Below, piece after piece: positions 54,683 to 64,000 of a stretch of 64,000 nt of DNA. The notes below the pieces were generated by a model. The model searched no databases. It had not been told where the DNA came from and saw only the letters and a list, made by a program, of their open reading frames with translations. This DNA is from an uncultured bacterium (lineage in GTDB: Bacteria; Fidelibacterota; Marinisomatia; Marinisomatales; JACNKV01): positions 9,887 through 73,886 of the forward strand of contig CAYLYH010000002.1 of assembly GCA_964388155.1 (NCBI GenBank), read 5' to 3'. The position numbers were made by a program, and so were the translations under genes. How positions within the stretch are numbered: the stretch's first letter is position 1; every line of letters begins with the position of its first letter.

Positions 54683-56233
54683 ATGGCACTTCACTGGATT
54701 GATTTAACCGTATTGATAGGATATTTGGCTCTTGTAGCCGGTATGGGAGTTTACTTCTCAAGGAAAAATGTCAGCACCGAGGAATATTTTGTAGGTGGTC
54801 GATCATTTTCCGGTTGGGTAATCGGATTAAGTTTAGTAGGAACCTCAATTAGCTCGATAACGTTTCTCTCCTTCCCCGCTGATGCATTCAAAACCACCTG
54901 GATTCGGTTTATTACAACATGGTCTATGCCTTTAGGCTTGCTTATAGCTGCATACGTATTTTTACCGTTTTTCCGACGTCGTCGAATCACTTCAGCTTAT
55001 GAGTATCTTGAGGAGCGTTTCGGTCCATCCGTCAGAGTCTACGGAGGAATTACATTTATCATCTCTCAATTGGTTAGAGTAAGTCTGATCCTCTATCTTG
55101 TCTCATTGCTCATGCATGAAATGACCGGGCTTTCACCTATCGTTAGCGTACTTATCAGCGGAGTATTTGTTGCGCTTTATACTATCATCGGAGGAATCAA
55201 GGCTGTGATTTGGACTGATGTCATACAAACGGTTGTGCTGGTCTTAGGTGGCTTATTAACGCTTGGTGTAATCGTCTATCACCTCCCGGGCGGATTGGGA
55301 CAAATTTTCTCTGTAGCCTTTGCTGATGGAAAATTGTCTTTATCAGAATTAACAGATGAGAATGTGTTCAGACCTATTGAATGGAATTTTTCTATCACCA
55401 AAAAAACAGGTACAATGCTTTTTTTAGTAGGACTTACAAATTGGTTGACTGAGTATAGTGCTAATCAAAATACTGTTCAACGCTATGCCGCAGCTAAAAG
55501 TACTTATGAAGCTCGAAAGGCTATGCTTGTATGCGTTTTGTCCAGCTTGCCAATCTGGGCGTTTTATATGTTTATCGGAACATCCCTTTATGTATTCTTC
55601 CAAGTCTTTCCTACAACTGAAGCCGCACAAATGCTTTCCGGAGAGCTAAAAGCTGAACAGATATTTCCTTACTTTATCATGAATTATCTTCCCCCCGGAC
55701 TTACAGGACTTGTTATTGCAGCCGCAATGGCCGCCGCAATGTCCTCTCTGGATTCAAGTATTAACGCTATTTCCACCGTCGGTATTGTTGATATCTATCG
55801 TCGACACTTAGTAAAAGATAAGGACGATAATCACTATTTAAGAATTGCCTGGCTTATTGCCGGAGGAGCTGCTGTATTTATGATCGGCGGTGCTATCATT
55901 CTAACAATGTCAAAAACAAAAACTTTGCAAGATACGGCTACAATATTAGCATCGATCACCAGTGGAGGCCTACTGGGATTGTATCTTGTCGGATTCTTTA
56001 CCCGGAAAGGAAGCGCCCGCTCAGTTTGGATAGGTCTGATCGTTACCTTTTTCTTCTCCCTGTGGACAATCTTAGCTAGCCGTGGATTAGTCCCCGATTG
56101 GCTGTCGGTTCCCTTCGATTTATACTACACAGGATTAATCGGAAATATCATCATGTTCGCTTTGGCTGTCGTTGCCGCTATCATGCTGTCTGATCGCCGA
56201 AAAATACTTAAGAATTTGACGATTTGGGATTAG
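54683..56233 (+). CDS. Sodium:solute symporter, sialic-acid (SiaT-like) clade by motif resemblance
   Basis: YFVGGRSFSGWVIGLSLVGTSISSITFLSFPADAF, SAYEYLEERFG, NQNTVQRYAAAKS, AAAMSSLDSSIN. Substrate not established. Confidence 0.88.
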   Translation: MALHWIDLTVLIGYLALVAGMGVYFSRKNVSTEEYFVGGRSFSGWVIGLSLVGTSISSITFLSFPADAFKTTWIRFITTWSMPLGLLIAAYVFLPFFRRRRITSAYEYLEERFGPSVRVYGGITFIISQLVRVSLILYLVSLLMHEMTGLSPIVSVLISGVFVALYTIIGGIKAVIWTDVIQTVVLVLGGLLTLGVIVYHLPGGLGQIFSVAFADGKLSLSELTDENVFRPIEWNFSITKKTGTMLFLVGLTNWLTEYSANQNTVQRYAAAKSTYEARKAMLVCVLSSLPIWAFYMFIGTSLYVFFQVFPTTEAAQMLSGELKAEQIFPYFIMNYLPPGLTGLVIAAAMAAAMSSLDSSINAISTVGIVDIYRRHLVKDKDDNHYLRIAWLIAGGAAVFMIGGAIILTMSKTKTLQDTATILASITSGGLLGLYLVGFFTRKGSARSVWIGLIVTFFFSLWTILASRGLVPDWLSVPFDLYYTGLIGNIIMFALAVVAAIMLSDRRKILKNLTIWD

Positions 56234-56240
56234 TAAGCAT

Positions 56241-58142
56241 ATGCTAGAAAAACAACAAGTCGAATCAATACTAAGGAATATCCGTAGTGTTAAAATTTCC
56301 GTATATGGCGATTTTTGTCTGGATGCTTACTGGTTCATGGATCCGCGCGGCTCAGAAATATCAGTGGAAACTGGTTTAATGGCAGAAGCAGTCACCAGAC
56401 AAAAATATTCTCTGGGCGGTGCCGGTAATATCGTTGCCAATTTAGCTGCACTAAATCCGGCGGAAATTCAATCGATCGGTGTAATCGGGGATGATATATT
56501 CGGTCGCGAGCTTTTGCAGATATTGCAGAGATTAGGTGTAAAAACTTCTGGACTGACCATACAAAAGGATGACTTTGACACTGTTGTCTTCAGTAAACGA
56601 TATTTGCGAGGAGAAGAACAACCCCGTATTGACTTTGGTTTTTTCAATCAACGTTCTAAAGAAACAGATACAATTCTACTTAATTCATTTAAATTGGCAC
56701 TAGAATCTTCGGATGTGCTTATCCTAAATCAGCAAGTCCCCGGAAGCATTACAAATCCTCATTTCATTGATAAACTTAACCAACTAATTGCTGAATATCC
56801 CGACAAACTTGTATTGCTGGACTCTCGTCACTACTCCGATAATTTCAGCAACGTTTTTCTAAAAATAAATCAAGTTGAAGCTGCAATTCTGAACAACAGA
56901 AATGCCAATCCGGATGATACGTTTTCTTCAGCAGACTTAAAAGTTTTTGCTTCTGAACTCCACAAAATTTACCACAGACCCATATTTATCAGTCGTGGAG
57001 AGCACGGTCTGATTGGAACGGATAACAACGTTGAGTTTGAGGTATCAGGAATTCAGCTTGTAAATCAAGTGGATCCAGTCGGAGCTGGAGATACGATGCT
57101 CAGTGCCCTTGCATGTTGTCTGGGAGCAGGAGAATCCTCAGCTACTGCCGCAGAATTTGCAAATTATGCTTCGGCGGTAACAGTTCAGAAGTTGTTTCAA
57201 ACAGGGACTGCCTCCGGTGAAGAAATTCTGGATTTAGTTAATGAAGCTACATTCATTTATAATCCGGAATTGGCCGAAATCCCAGGCAAAGCCGAATATT
57301 TAACCGGTTCGCAAATTGAAATCTGTGTAGACACTAGGGACCTCCCCAGCGGTAATATTACACATGCTGTCTTTGATCACGACGGAACAATCAGTGTACT
57401 CAGAGAAGGTTGGGAAACAATCATGGAGCCCATGATGGTTAAGGCTATTCTTGGAGATGAGTATCATTCCGCAAATATATCATTCCGCAGTAAAGTAGCT
57501 GCCCGTGTCCGTAGTTTTATCGATAATACTACTGGAATCCAAACCATTCTCCAAATGGATGGTTTAGTTGATATCATCAAAGAATTTGGTTTTGTACCAA
57601 AAAATAAAATTCTTGATAAATTCGAATACAAAGCAATTTACAACGATGCTCTAATGAAGTCCGTAAATGAAAGAATTACAAAATTGAAAAATGGGCAAAT
57701 GACTCCCGTAGATTTTTCAGTACCGGGCAGTATTACATTCCTAAAAGATTTGCGCGAGCGCGGAATAACGCTATATCTCGCCAGCGGAACCGATGTGGAC
57801 GACGTCATTAATGAAGCGGAAATTATGGGGTATGCAGATCTGTTTAACGGCGGGATCTATGGAGCAGTCGGTGATGTAAGTAAATACTCCAAGAAAAAAG
57901 TTCTGCAGGAGATCATGGCAAAAAACAAATTGAATGGCCCTGAGCTAATCACATTTGGAGACGGTCCTGTAGAAATACGTGAGTGTGTGAAAAATAAAGG
58001 AATTGCCGTTGGAATTGCCAGTGATGAAAAACATCCGGGACAACTTGAAAAAAACAAACGTTGCCGATTGATAAAAGCCGGTGCAAAATTGATTGCCAGA
58101 GATTTTCTAGAATCAGAAATATTAATAAATTTATTAACATAA
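56241..58142 (+). CDS. HldE/RfaE-type PfkB sugar kinase fused to a HAD-superfamily phosphatase
   Basis: Kinase: [42 protein letters not shown]: motif I VFDHDGT, motif II LASGT, motif IV FGDGPVE. No adenylyltransferase domain. Confidence 0.85.
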   Translation: MLEKQQVESILRNIRSVKISVYGDFCLDAYWFMDPRGSEISVETGLMAEAVTRQKYSLGGAGNIVANLAALNPAEIQSIGVIGDDIFGRELLQILQRLGVKTSGLTIQKDDFDTVVFSKRYLRGEEQPRIDFGFFNQRSKETDTILLNSFKLALESSDVLILNQQVPGSITNPHFIDKLNQLIAEYPDKLVLLDSRHYSDNFSNVFLKINQVEAAILNNRNANPDDTFSSADLKVFASELHKIYHRPIFISRGEHGLIGTDNNVEFEVSGIQLVNQVDPVGAGDTMLSALACCLGAGESSATAAEFANYASAVTVQKLFQTGTASGEEILDLVNEATFIYNPELAEIPGKAEYLTGSQIEICVDTRDLPSGNITHAVFDHDGTISVLREGWETIMEPMMVKAILGDEYHSANISFRSKVAARVRSFIDNTTGIQTILQMDGLVDIIKEFGFVPKNKILDKFEYKAIYNDALMKSVNERITKLKNGQMTPVDFSVPGSITFLKDLRERGITLYLASGTDVDDVINEAEIMGYADLFNGGIYGAVGDVSKYSKKKVLQEIMAKNKLNGPELITFGDGPVEIRECVKNKGIAVGIASDEKHPGQLEKNKRCRLIKAGAKLIARDFLESEILINLLT

Positions 58143-58152
58143 GAGGTATAAA

Positions 58153-59100
58153 ATGAGAATTATTGTAACCGGCGGTGCCGGAATGATTGGCAGTAATATC
58201 GTCAAAGGATTGAACAAACAGGGATATGAAAATATTATTGTCGTTGATAATCTCACAGATGGAAAGAAATTCCATAATATTGCAGATTGTCAAATATCGG
58301 ATTATATCGACAAAGATGCTTTTATAAAATTAATCGTCGATGAGAATGAACTTGGTGAGATTAAAGCAGTTTTTCACGAAGGTGCCTGTTCCGTTACGAC
58401 AGAATGGAACGGTAAATACATGCTGAATAATAATTTTACCTACTCCAAGGAACTCTTGCACTACTGTCTGTGGCGAAATATCCCATTTTATTATGCTTCA
58501 TCGGCGGCAACATACGGAAATAGCACCACTTTTAAAGAGGAACCGAAATTTGAACTCCCGATCAATGTCTACGGATATTCCAAATACCTCTTCGATCAGT
58601 ATATTCGACACCGTGAAACCAATTTCGAAAGCCAGGTAGTTGGGTTTCGATACTTTAACGTGTACGGTCCGCGTGAGCAGCATAAAGGTAGTATGGCTAG
58701 TGTCGCTTTTCATTTAAATAATCAAATCGAAAAAGGCGAGAATCCAAAACTTTTTACCGGTAGTGACGGATATGCAGATGGAGAGCAGCGTCGGGATTTT
58801 ATTTACGTGGGAGATACCGTTGACGTAAATCTCTGGATGCTTGAACATCCTGAAGTATCAGGGATCTTTAATATCGGTACAGGGAGAAGCCAAACCTTCA
58901 ATGAGGTCGCTCAGGCAGTCACCGATTTTCACGGAAAAGGGCAAATTGAGTACATTCCCTTCCCTGATCATTTAAAAGACAGTTATCAAAGTTTCACCGA
59001 AGCTGATATTTCTAAATTACGGAAAGCAGGATACGATAAGCCATTCAAATCCGTGCAAGATGGCGTCGCCGAATATATGAATTGGCTGCACAGATCGTAA
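58153..59100 (+). CDS. hldD: ADP-L-glycero-D-manno-heptose 6-epimerase
   Basis: [76 protein letters not shown]. Confidence 0.93.
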   Translation: MRIIVTGGAGMIGSNIVKGLNKQGYENIIVVDNLTDGKKFHNIADCQISDYIDKDAFIKLIVDENELGEIKAVFHEGACSVTTEWNGKYMLNNNFTYSKELLHYCLWRNIPFYYASSAATYGNSTTFKEEPKFELPINVYGYSKYLFDQYIRHRETNFESQVVGFRYFNVYGPREQHKGSMASVAFHLNNQIEKGENPKLFTGSDGYADGEQRRDFIYVGDTVDVNLWMLEHPEVSGIFNIGTGRSQTFNEVAQAVTDFHGKGQIEYIPFPDHLKDSYQSFTEADISKLRKAGYDKPFKSVQDGVAEYMNWLHRS

Positions 59101-59132
59101 TTCTTAACTCCAAGCCAGTAAAGGTGATTTCT

Positions 59133-61673
59133 ATGAATAGCAAAACTCTTCACATATTTCTTCTTTCTTTTATACTAATTGTAGCTTCTTGTTACACTCC
59201 AATCGGCCAACCTACTGAGCAATGGAAAGACACGATTGATGGGAAAGTTGAAGTTATTCTGAACCAAATGACGTTGGAAGAAAAAATCGATCTCTTGGGG
59301 GGAGAAGGATTTAAAACCTCTAAAAACGAACGTCTTGGCATTCCTGAATTAGTTATGACCGACGGTCCGCTCGGTCCAAACTCAAACGGACTTTCAACCA
59401 ATTATTCATCAATGATTAATCTTGCTGCTAGTTTTGACACTCATTTGATGCGAAGGGTTGCCATTAATATCGGACAGGAGACCAGAATCAAAGACCGCAA
59501 TATGCTTTTGGGACCTTGCTTGAATATCGCTCGAGCACCTCATGCAGGACGAACATTTGAAGGTTTTGGCGAAGACCCATATCTTGTTTCAAGAATGGCT
59601 GTAGAATTTGTAAAAGGCGTTGAGAGCCAGGGTGTGGCAACGTGTACTAAACATTTTGTGGCCAATAATCAAGAATGGAACCGCTTTGATGTGGATGCCC
59701 GCATTAGTGAGCGAGCTTTACACGAAATATATTTCCCGGCGTTCAGAGCCGCTGTCATCGAAGCAGATGGATCAACAATCATGGCAGCCTATAACCAAAT
59801 TCTAGGAGATTATAGTACGGAGAGTCACTATACGCTTACTGATATTCTGAAAAATGAGTGGGGATTCACCGGGGTGGCAGTATCAGACTGGGGTGGCGCA
59901 CGAACAACGGTAAAAATGGCTAATTCCGGTCTTGATCTGGAAATGCCGACAGGAATTCATTACAATGAAAAATTAATTAAAGCTATCAAAGACGGATCAG
60001 TCACTCAAAATACAGTTGATGACAAAGTACGTCGAATTTTACGAGTTATGATGAAAAAGGGATTATTCAACCAACCTAAAAATTTATTTGCAGAGGATAC
60101 ATCTAATACTCCGGAACGCCGTGCACTGGCATTAGAAACCGCTCAAAAAAGTATTGTCCTGCTTAGGAATGGAGGTGATTTTCTTCCACTAGATGCAGCA
60201 AAGATCAAATCGATCGCTATTATCGGGCCCAATGGCAACGTAGCTCAAATGCACGGCGGAGGAAGCGGAAGTTTGACGGGTCATTATGGTATATCACCTT
60301 TGGAAGGAATAAGTAACAAAGTCGGAGATTCCATCTCTGTTAAGTTTGCTCGCGGTGTTGTTGAAGAGAGCAAAGACCTGCCAATTGCTGGTGCGGAACA
60401 TTATTTTCTCCAGGACGGAAGTCCCGGAATCTATGCTGAGTATTTTAATAATCGAGAGCAGAAAGGCGAGCCGGTATATACCTGCATAGAAACTGACATC
60501 GATTTTGATTGGGGGTTCGGTGGAGACAAAGGTGGTCCCGGCTCTCCGAAGCCAGGTGTCGTTAATCTGGAAAAATGGTCGGCTCGCTGGACCGGTAAGT
60601 TCGCCTCTCCCGGTGATGGTTGGTATGAATTTGGACTCAGATCTGATAACGGTGTTCGTATGTATATCGACGGGAAAAAGGTTCTGGATTACTGGGTAGA
60701 TTCCAAACCCGGACAATTTAAAATCATCCGGTATAAATTCGAAGCTGATAAACTCTATGATCTACAGGTGGATTTCTATGAGAATATCGGTAGTTGCCGT
60801 TGCCGCTTAGGATTTGCTCCGTTTGATTACGGTAACAAATTGGATGAAGCTGTCGAAGTCGCCACAAAGGCTGACATTACTATTCTCTGCCTTGGGTTAA
60901 ATATGTTCATGGAGGGGGAAGCCGTTGATCGGGATGAACTGGATTTACCAGTAGATCAATTAGCCCTATTGGATGCTATTACGGCTGTTAATCAAAATAC
61001 AATTGTGGTGTTAAACAACGCCACGCCGATCCTGATGAACGATTGGCTGGATAAAGTTCCGGCTGTTGTAGATGCCCTGTATCCGGGACAGGAAGGCGGG
61101 AATGCATTGGCTGATATACTTTTCGGGGATGTAAATCCTTCCGGACGACTTCCATTGACTTTTCCGCAAAAATGGGAAGACACACCGGTTAAAGATACAT
61201 ATCCGGGTGTAAAGGCTTTTGCCGAATACAAAGAAGGAATTTTTGTCGGATACCGGCATTATGATAAATACAACATAGAGCCGGAATTCCCATTCGGTCA
61301 CGGACTGTCTTACACTACATTTGAGTATAGCAATATAGAAATTGATAATATTCGTACAAACCCCGGTGGTCAAATGTATATCGTTTCAGTAACTGTAGAA
61401 AACACTGGTGAAGTATTCGGCGAAGAAGTTGTCCAACTGTATATCAAGGATGTCAAGTCAAGTGTGGAACGTGAGTCTAAGGCGTTGAAAGGATTTAAAC
61501 GAATTGCTTTGATACCGGGCGAGTCCAAAACCGTTTCGCTGGAAATAAAGTCCGATGATTTGAGCTTTTTCCATCCTGAAAAAAAGAAATGGATTGTTGA
61601 GCCGGGAGAATTTGAAGTAATGATAGGCAGCTCCTCACGGGATATTCGTCTTACGGAAATAGTCACTTACTAA
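59133..61673 (+). CDS. GH3 beta-glucosidase-family lipoprotein with inserted PA14 domain and C-terminal FnIII
   Basis: Lipobox VASC. GRTFEGFGEDP, KHFVANNQE, nucleophile VSDWG, PA14 insert (EYFNN...DFDWG...SDNGVRMYIDG), FPFGHGLSYTTFEY. Start ATG 59133; the ORF extends to 59082. Confidence 0.92.
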   Translation: MNSKTLHIFLLSFILIVASCYTPIGQPTEQWKDTIDGKVEVILNQMTLEEKIDLLGGEGFKTSKNERLGIPELVMTDGPLGPNSNGLSTNYSSMINLAASFDTHLMRRVAINIGQETRIKDRNMLLGPCLNIARAPHAGRTFEGFGEDPYLVSRMAVEFVKGVESQGVATCTKHFVANNQEWNRFDVDARISERALHEIYFPAFRAAVIEADGSTIMAAYNQILGDYSTESHYTLTDILKNEWGFTGVAVSDWGGARTTVKMANSGLDLEMPTGIHYNEKLIKAIKDGSVTQNTVDDKVRRILRVMMKKGLFNQPKNLFAEDTSNTPERRALALETAQKSIVLLRNGGDFLPLDAAKIKSIAIIGPNGNVAQMHGGGSGSLTGHYGISPLEGISNKVGDSISVKFARGVVEESKDLPIAGAEHYFLQDGSPGIYAEYFNNREQKGEPVYTCIETDIDFDWGFGGDKGGPGSPKPGVVNLEKWSARWTGKFASPGDGWYEFGLRSDNGVRMYIDGKKVLDYWVDSKPGQFKIIRYKFEADKLYDLQVDFYENIGSCRCRLGFAPFDYGNKLDEAVEVATKADITILCLGLNMFMEGEAVDRDELDLPVDQLALLDAITAVNQNTIVVLNNATPILMNDWLDKVPAVVDALYPGQEGGNALADILFGDVNPSGRLPLTFPQKWEDTPVKDTYPGVKAFAEYKEGIFVGYRHYDKYNIEPEFPFGHGLSYTTFEYSNIEIDNIRTNPGGQMYIVSVTVENTGEVFGEEVVQLYIKDVKSSVERESKALKGFKRIALIPGESKTVSLEIKSDDLSFFHPEKKKWIVEPGEFEVMIGSSSRDIRLTEIVTY

Positions 61674-61703
61674 AATTCGATTGATGGAAAATATTTAACT
61701 ACT

Positions 61704-63812
61704 ATGATGTTCTCTTATCAATTTATTCTTGGCGGAGTAGTTTTTGCAGTAGGCATGATTATTGCATACCGACAGGGATATTTCAGTTTCGCCGAAAATG
61801 GTTTACGGAACTTGCTGTTTGTCATGGTTCCGCTACTGTTCTATTTTGTACTTCAGGGATATTTGCAATTCGGGAGTTTCTCTTCCTCTCCTTCATCTTC
61901 TTTCAGCGGAACAATCACAGGAAAACGGATGATGGGTGCTCCCGTTGATTATGGGATTATGATATTTTATTTCATGATAATCCTTACAATCGGAACTTAT
62001 TTCGGAAGAAGACAAAAAACCGTCAAAGACTTCTTTTTCGGCGGACAACGATTCTCATGGTGGCTGATCACATTCAGTTTAATTGCGACCACCGTTGGTT
62101 CCTATAGCTTCGTAAAATACAGCAGGGTCGCTTTTTCCTATGGATTAGGCAGCAGCCAAACTTACCTTAACGACTGGATATGGCTACCACTTTTGCTTTT
62201 CGGCTGGCTTCCGATTCTATATTTTTCAAGGATAACTTCGATCCCCGAATATTTTGAACGCCGGTTTGACCGCACGATCAGAAAATGGGTAACAGCATTT
62301 GTCCTGATATATCTGATCGGCTATGTTGGAGTAAATTTGTTCACAATGGGAAAAGTTCTTAATATTCTTTTAGGTTGGCCCATTCTTACCGCAGCAATTG
62401 TCGTAGCGACAATCTCTGCTATTTATGTTACTGCCGGCGGACAAACCAGCGTGATTATGACCGATTTGTTTCAGGGTTTAATGCTCTTGGCAACCGGAGT
62501 GATGATCCTGTTTCTCGGCATTCATTATCTCGGCGGACTAGATTCCTTTTGGCAAAACCTTCCCCGTCCGCATAAATTGGCTTTCCCTAACTTTAACGAA
62601 GACCCAGCCTTCCCTTCCGTCGGTATATTCTGGCAGGACGGCATTGCCAATACGGCTATGTTCTATTTTCTTAATCAGGGAGTGCTTATGCGCTTTATGT
62701 CTACAAAGTCTCTCAATGATGGGCGGAAGGCTATTTTTACAGTGGTATTGGTATTGATGCCGATTGCTGCTTGTGTAGTAGCTTCCGGAGGATGGGTAGC
62801 AAAAGCACTTGTTCATGCTGGTGTCCTACCGGGGAATATCCGCGCGGACGAAGCCTTTTTTATCGCTTCTGATTTTCTGAGTCGACCGGGCATATTTGGG
62901 TTAATCTTAGCCACGATGACAGCTGCCCTAATGTCTACCGTGGATACCTTGATTACGGCTGTGGCTGCCATTGTCGTCAATGATATTTACAAACCGCTGT
63001 TCAGACCCAATGCAAATGAAAAGCAGTTACTGAAAATGGCAAGAATCAGTTCCGTTTCAGTCACATTATTAGGAATATCACTCGTTCCGGTCTTCATGTC
63101 TTTTAAGACAATCTATGCCGCTCACGGAGCATTCACTGCCGCCGTAACTCCCCCTTTGGTAATTGCACTACTCTTTAGTGTATTTTGGAAACGATTTACA
63201 CAAAAGGCTGCACTATATACACTTGTTGGCGGAATGGGAGCTATCGTCTTTTCTCTTTTTGTCCCAGAAGTGATTATCCCGTTTGCTCATGGAGTTCCAA
63301 TGCAGGAAACCGGAGATGGACTTTTCGACGGAATGAAACAGTTTAAGTTCATGCGAGCTTTTTACGGACTGTCTGCCAGTGCAATAATCGGTTTTACCGT
63401 CACACTATTTACAAAACCAGAATCTTTTAAACGACAACGAGGATTGGTTTGGGGAACAGTTAAAGATGCCATTATAAATTACAAAGGCTCTCCTGGTAAG
63501 GAATCTGGCACCAAAACAAGTTTAGCGTTACCTCTAATCGCCAATCGCCCTGCGAAGATTACAGGAACAGGGAATCTCCCTCTTGTTAATATCTCCCGTA
63601 CGTTGGCTGAAACACTGGAAGCTATTCTCGGTGATTTACTTTACATTAGTGATAGACGATGGTGGCTGGGCGGATTACATTCTACGCATGCCGTGGTCGG
63701 GAGTGTATTAAATAATTCTGAAAAAATAATTGAATTAGACAGAGAGACAAGTCAACTGGTTATCCTTAAAAATAGACTCACTCAAGAAGTGTTGGTGGAG
63801 AGACTATATTAA
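61704..63812 (+). CDS. Sodium:solute symporter with extra N-terminal two-TM segment and soluble C-terminal domain
   Basis: The SSS core starts near DYGIMIFYF (FFFGGQRFSW, EYFERRF, GGQTSVIMTDLFQG, ALMSTVDTLIT). About 80 extra N-terminal aa and about 110 extra C-terminal aa (GDLLYISDRRWWLGGLHSTHA). Confidence 0.85.
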   Translation: MMFSYQFILGGVVFAVGMIIAYRQGYFSFAENGLRNLLFVMVPLLFYFVLQGYLQFGSFSSSPSSSFSGTITGKRMMGAPVDYGIMIFYFMIILTIGTYFGRRQKTVKDFFFGGQRFSWWLITFSLIATTVGSYSFVKYSRVAFSYGLGSSQTYLNDWIWLPLLLFGWLPILYFSRITSIPEYFERRFDRTIRKWVTAFVLIYLIGYVGVNLFTMGKVLNILLGWPILTAAIVVATISAIYVTAGGQTSVIMTDLFQGLMLLATGVMILFLGIHYLGGLDSFWQNLPRPHKLAFPNFNEDPAFPSVGIFWQDGIANTAMFYFLNQGVLMRFMSTKSLNDGRKAIFTVVLVLMPIAACVVASGGWVAKALVHAGVLPGNIRADEAFFIASDFLSRPGIFGLILATMTAALMSTVDTLITAVAAIVVNDIYKPLFRPNANEKQLLKMARISSVSVTLLGISLVPVFMSFKTIYAAHGAFTAAVTPPLVIALLFSVFWKRFTQKAALYTLVGGMGAIVFSLFVPEVIIPFAHGVPMQETGDGLFDGMKQFKFMRAFYGLSASAIIGFTVTLFTKPESFKRQRGLVWGTVKDAIINYKGSPGKESGTKTSLALPLIANRPAKITGTGNLPLVNISRTLAETLEAILGDLLYISDRRWWLGGLHSTHAVVGSVLNNSEKIIELDRETSQLVILKNRLTQEVLVERLY

Positions 63813-63920
63813 TTCCTCACCGCCATAACCCGTACTTAAAGACCACTTAAGAATTAAGATTTGGATTTGTTTTTAGGTCTCCCTTACTCCTTACTCCTTT
63901 TCTCCGTTTTGCGTATTCGC

Positions 63921-64000
63921 TTACTTTACTTTGATATCCAGCTCATCCAAAAGCATGATTAGGCTGTCCGGATAGTCAGTAATAATACCGTTCACACCTA
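63921..64000 (-). CDS. C-terminal end of a glycerophosphodiester phosphodiesterase (GDPD); 5' part outside the window
   Basis: Hand translation of the minus strand gives GVNGIITDYPDSLIMLLDELDIKVK*. GVxGIITDYPD is the classic GDPD C-terminal motif. Confidence 0.75.
   Translation of the reverse strand, partial: GVNGIITDYPDSLIMLLDELDIKVK

Noticed and set aside
56241-58142. Calling this gene canonical bifunctional hldE
   Set aside because: The C-terminal domain has HAD motifs, not the cytidylyltransferase-like adenylyltransferase motifs.
63882-63899. CCTTACT x2.5 (AAGGAGT repeats on the minus strand) between convergent genes
   Set aside because: Short low-complexity repeat with no downstream ORF and no spacer structure; not a CRISPR array.

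Overview
This 64-kb window is gene-dense, AT-rich bacterial DNA. PorV-family and FlgD/T9SS-type C-terminal domains, non-SusC TonB-dependent receptors and the absence of susD suggest a non-Bacteroidota FCB-superphylum lineage such as Marinimicrobia, KSB1 or Calditrichota (inference only). Five blocks are visible. (1) 840-15700 (-): an outer-membrane uptake operon made of two tandem [TonB-dependent receptor + paralogous ~710-aa CTD-bearing partner] modules, then a lipoprotein, a PorV-family barrel, an IPT/TIG lipoprotein and a CTD beta-propeller protein, closed by an intrinsic terminator. (2) 15822-22097 (+): dacB(S13), LD-carboxypeptidase, spmA, spmB, a second LD-carboxypeptidase and an APC permease, a probable peptidoglycan-peptide recycling cluster. 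(3) 22185-28221 (-): pta-ackA-acp-GntR(UTRA)-DUF4954-nagB, with a NagR/DasR-like operator in its promoter and a decayed IS256 transposase upstream. (4) 28831-36191 (+) and 36199-53644 (-): convergent glycan-degradation operons with an EEP hydrolase, SSS symporter, GH2, CehA/McbA-like hydrolase, two BNR sialidase-like proteins, a GH123-like protein, GH38 and several uncharacterised hydrolase candidates. (5) 53665-63812 (+): DHDPS-like aldolase, SSS, a HldE-type kinase fused to a HAD phosphatase, hldD, GH3 and an extended SSS. Partial genes lie at both edges (PD40 propeller; GDPD). No rRNA, tRNA or CRISPR array was seen. The best novelty candidates are the SusD-less TBDR/PorV/CTD system, a possible LPS-core (heptose/Kdo) catabolic pathway, and the ACP/DUF4954/nagB operon that lacks nagA. 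All product calls come from motif recognition by eye; no database search was run.
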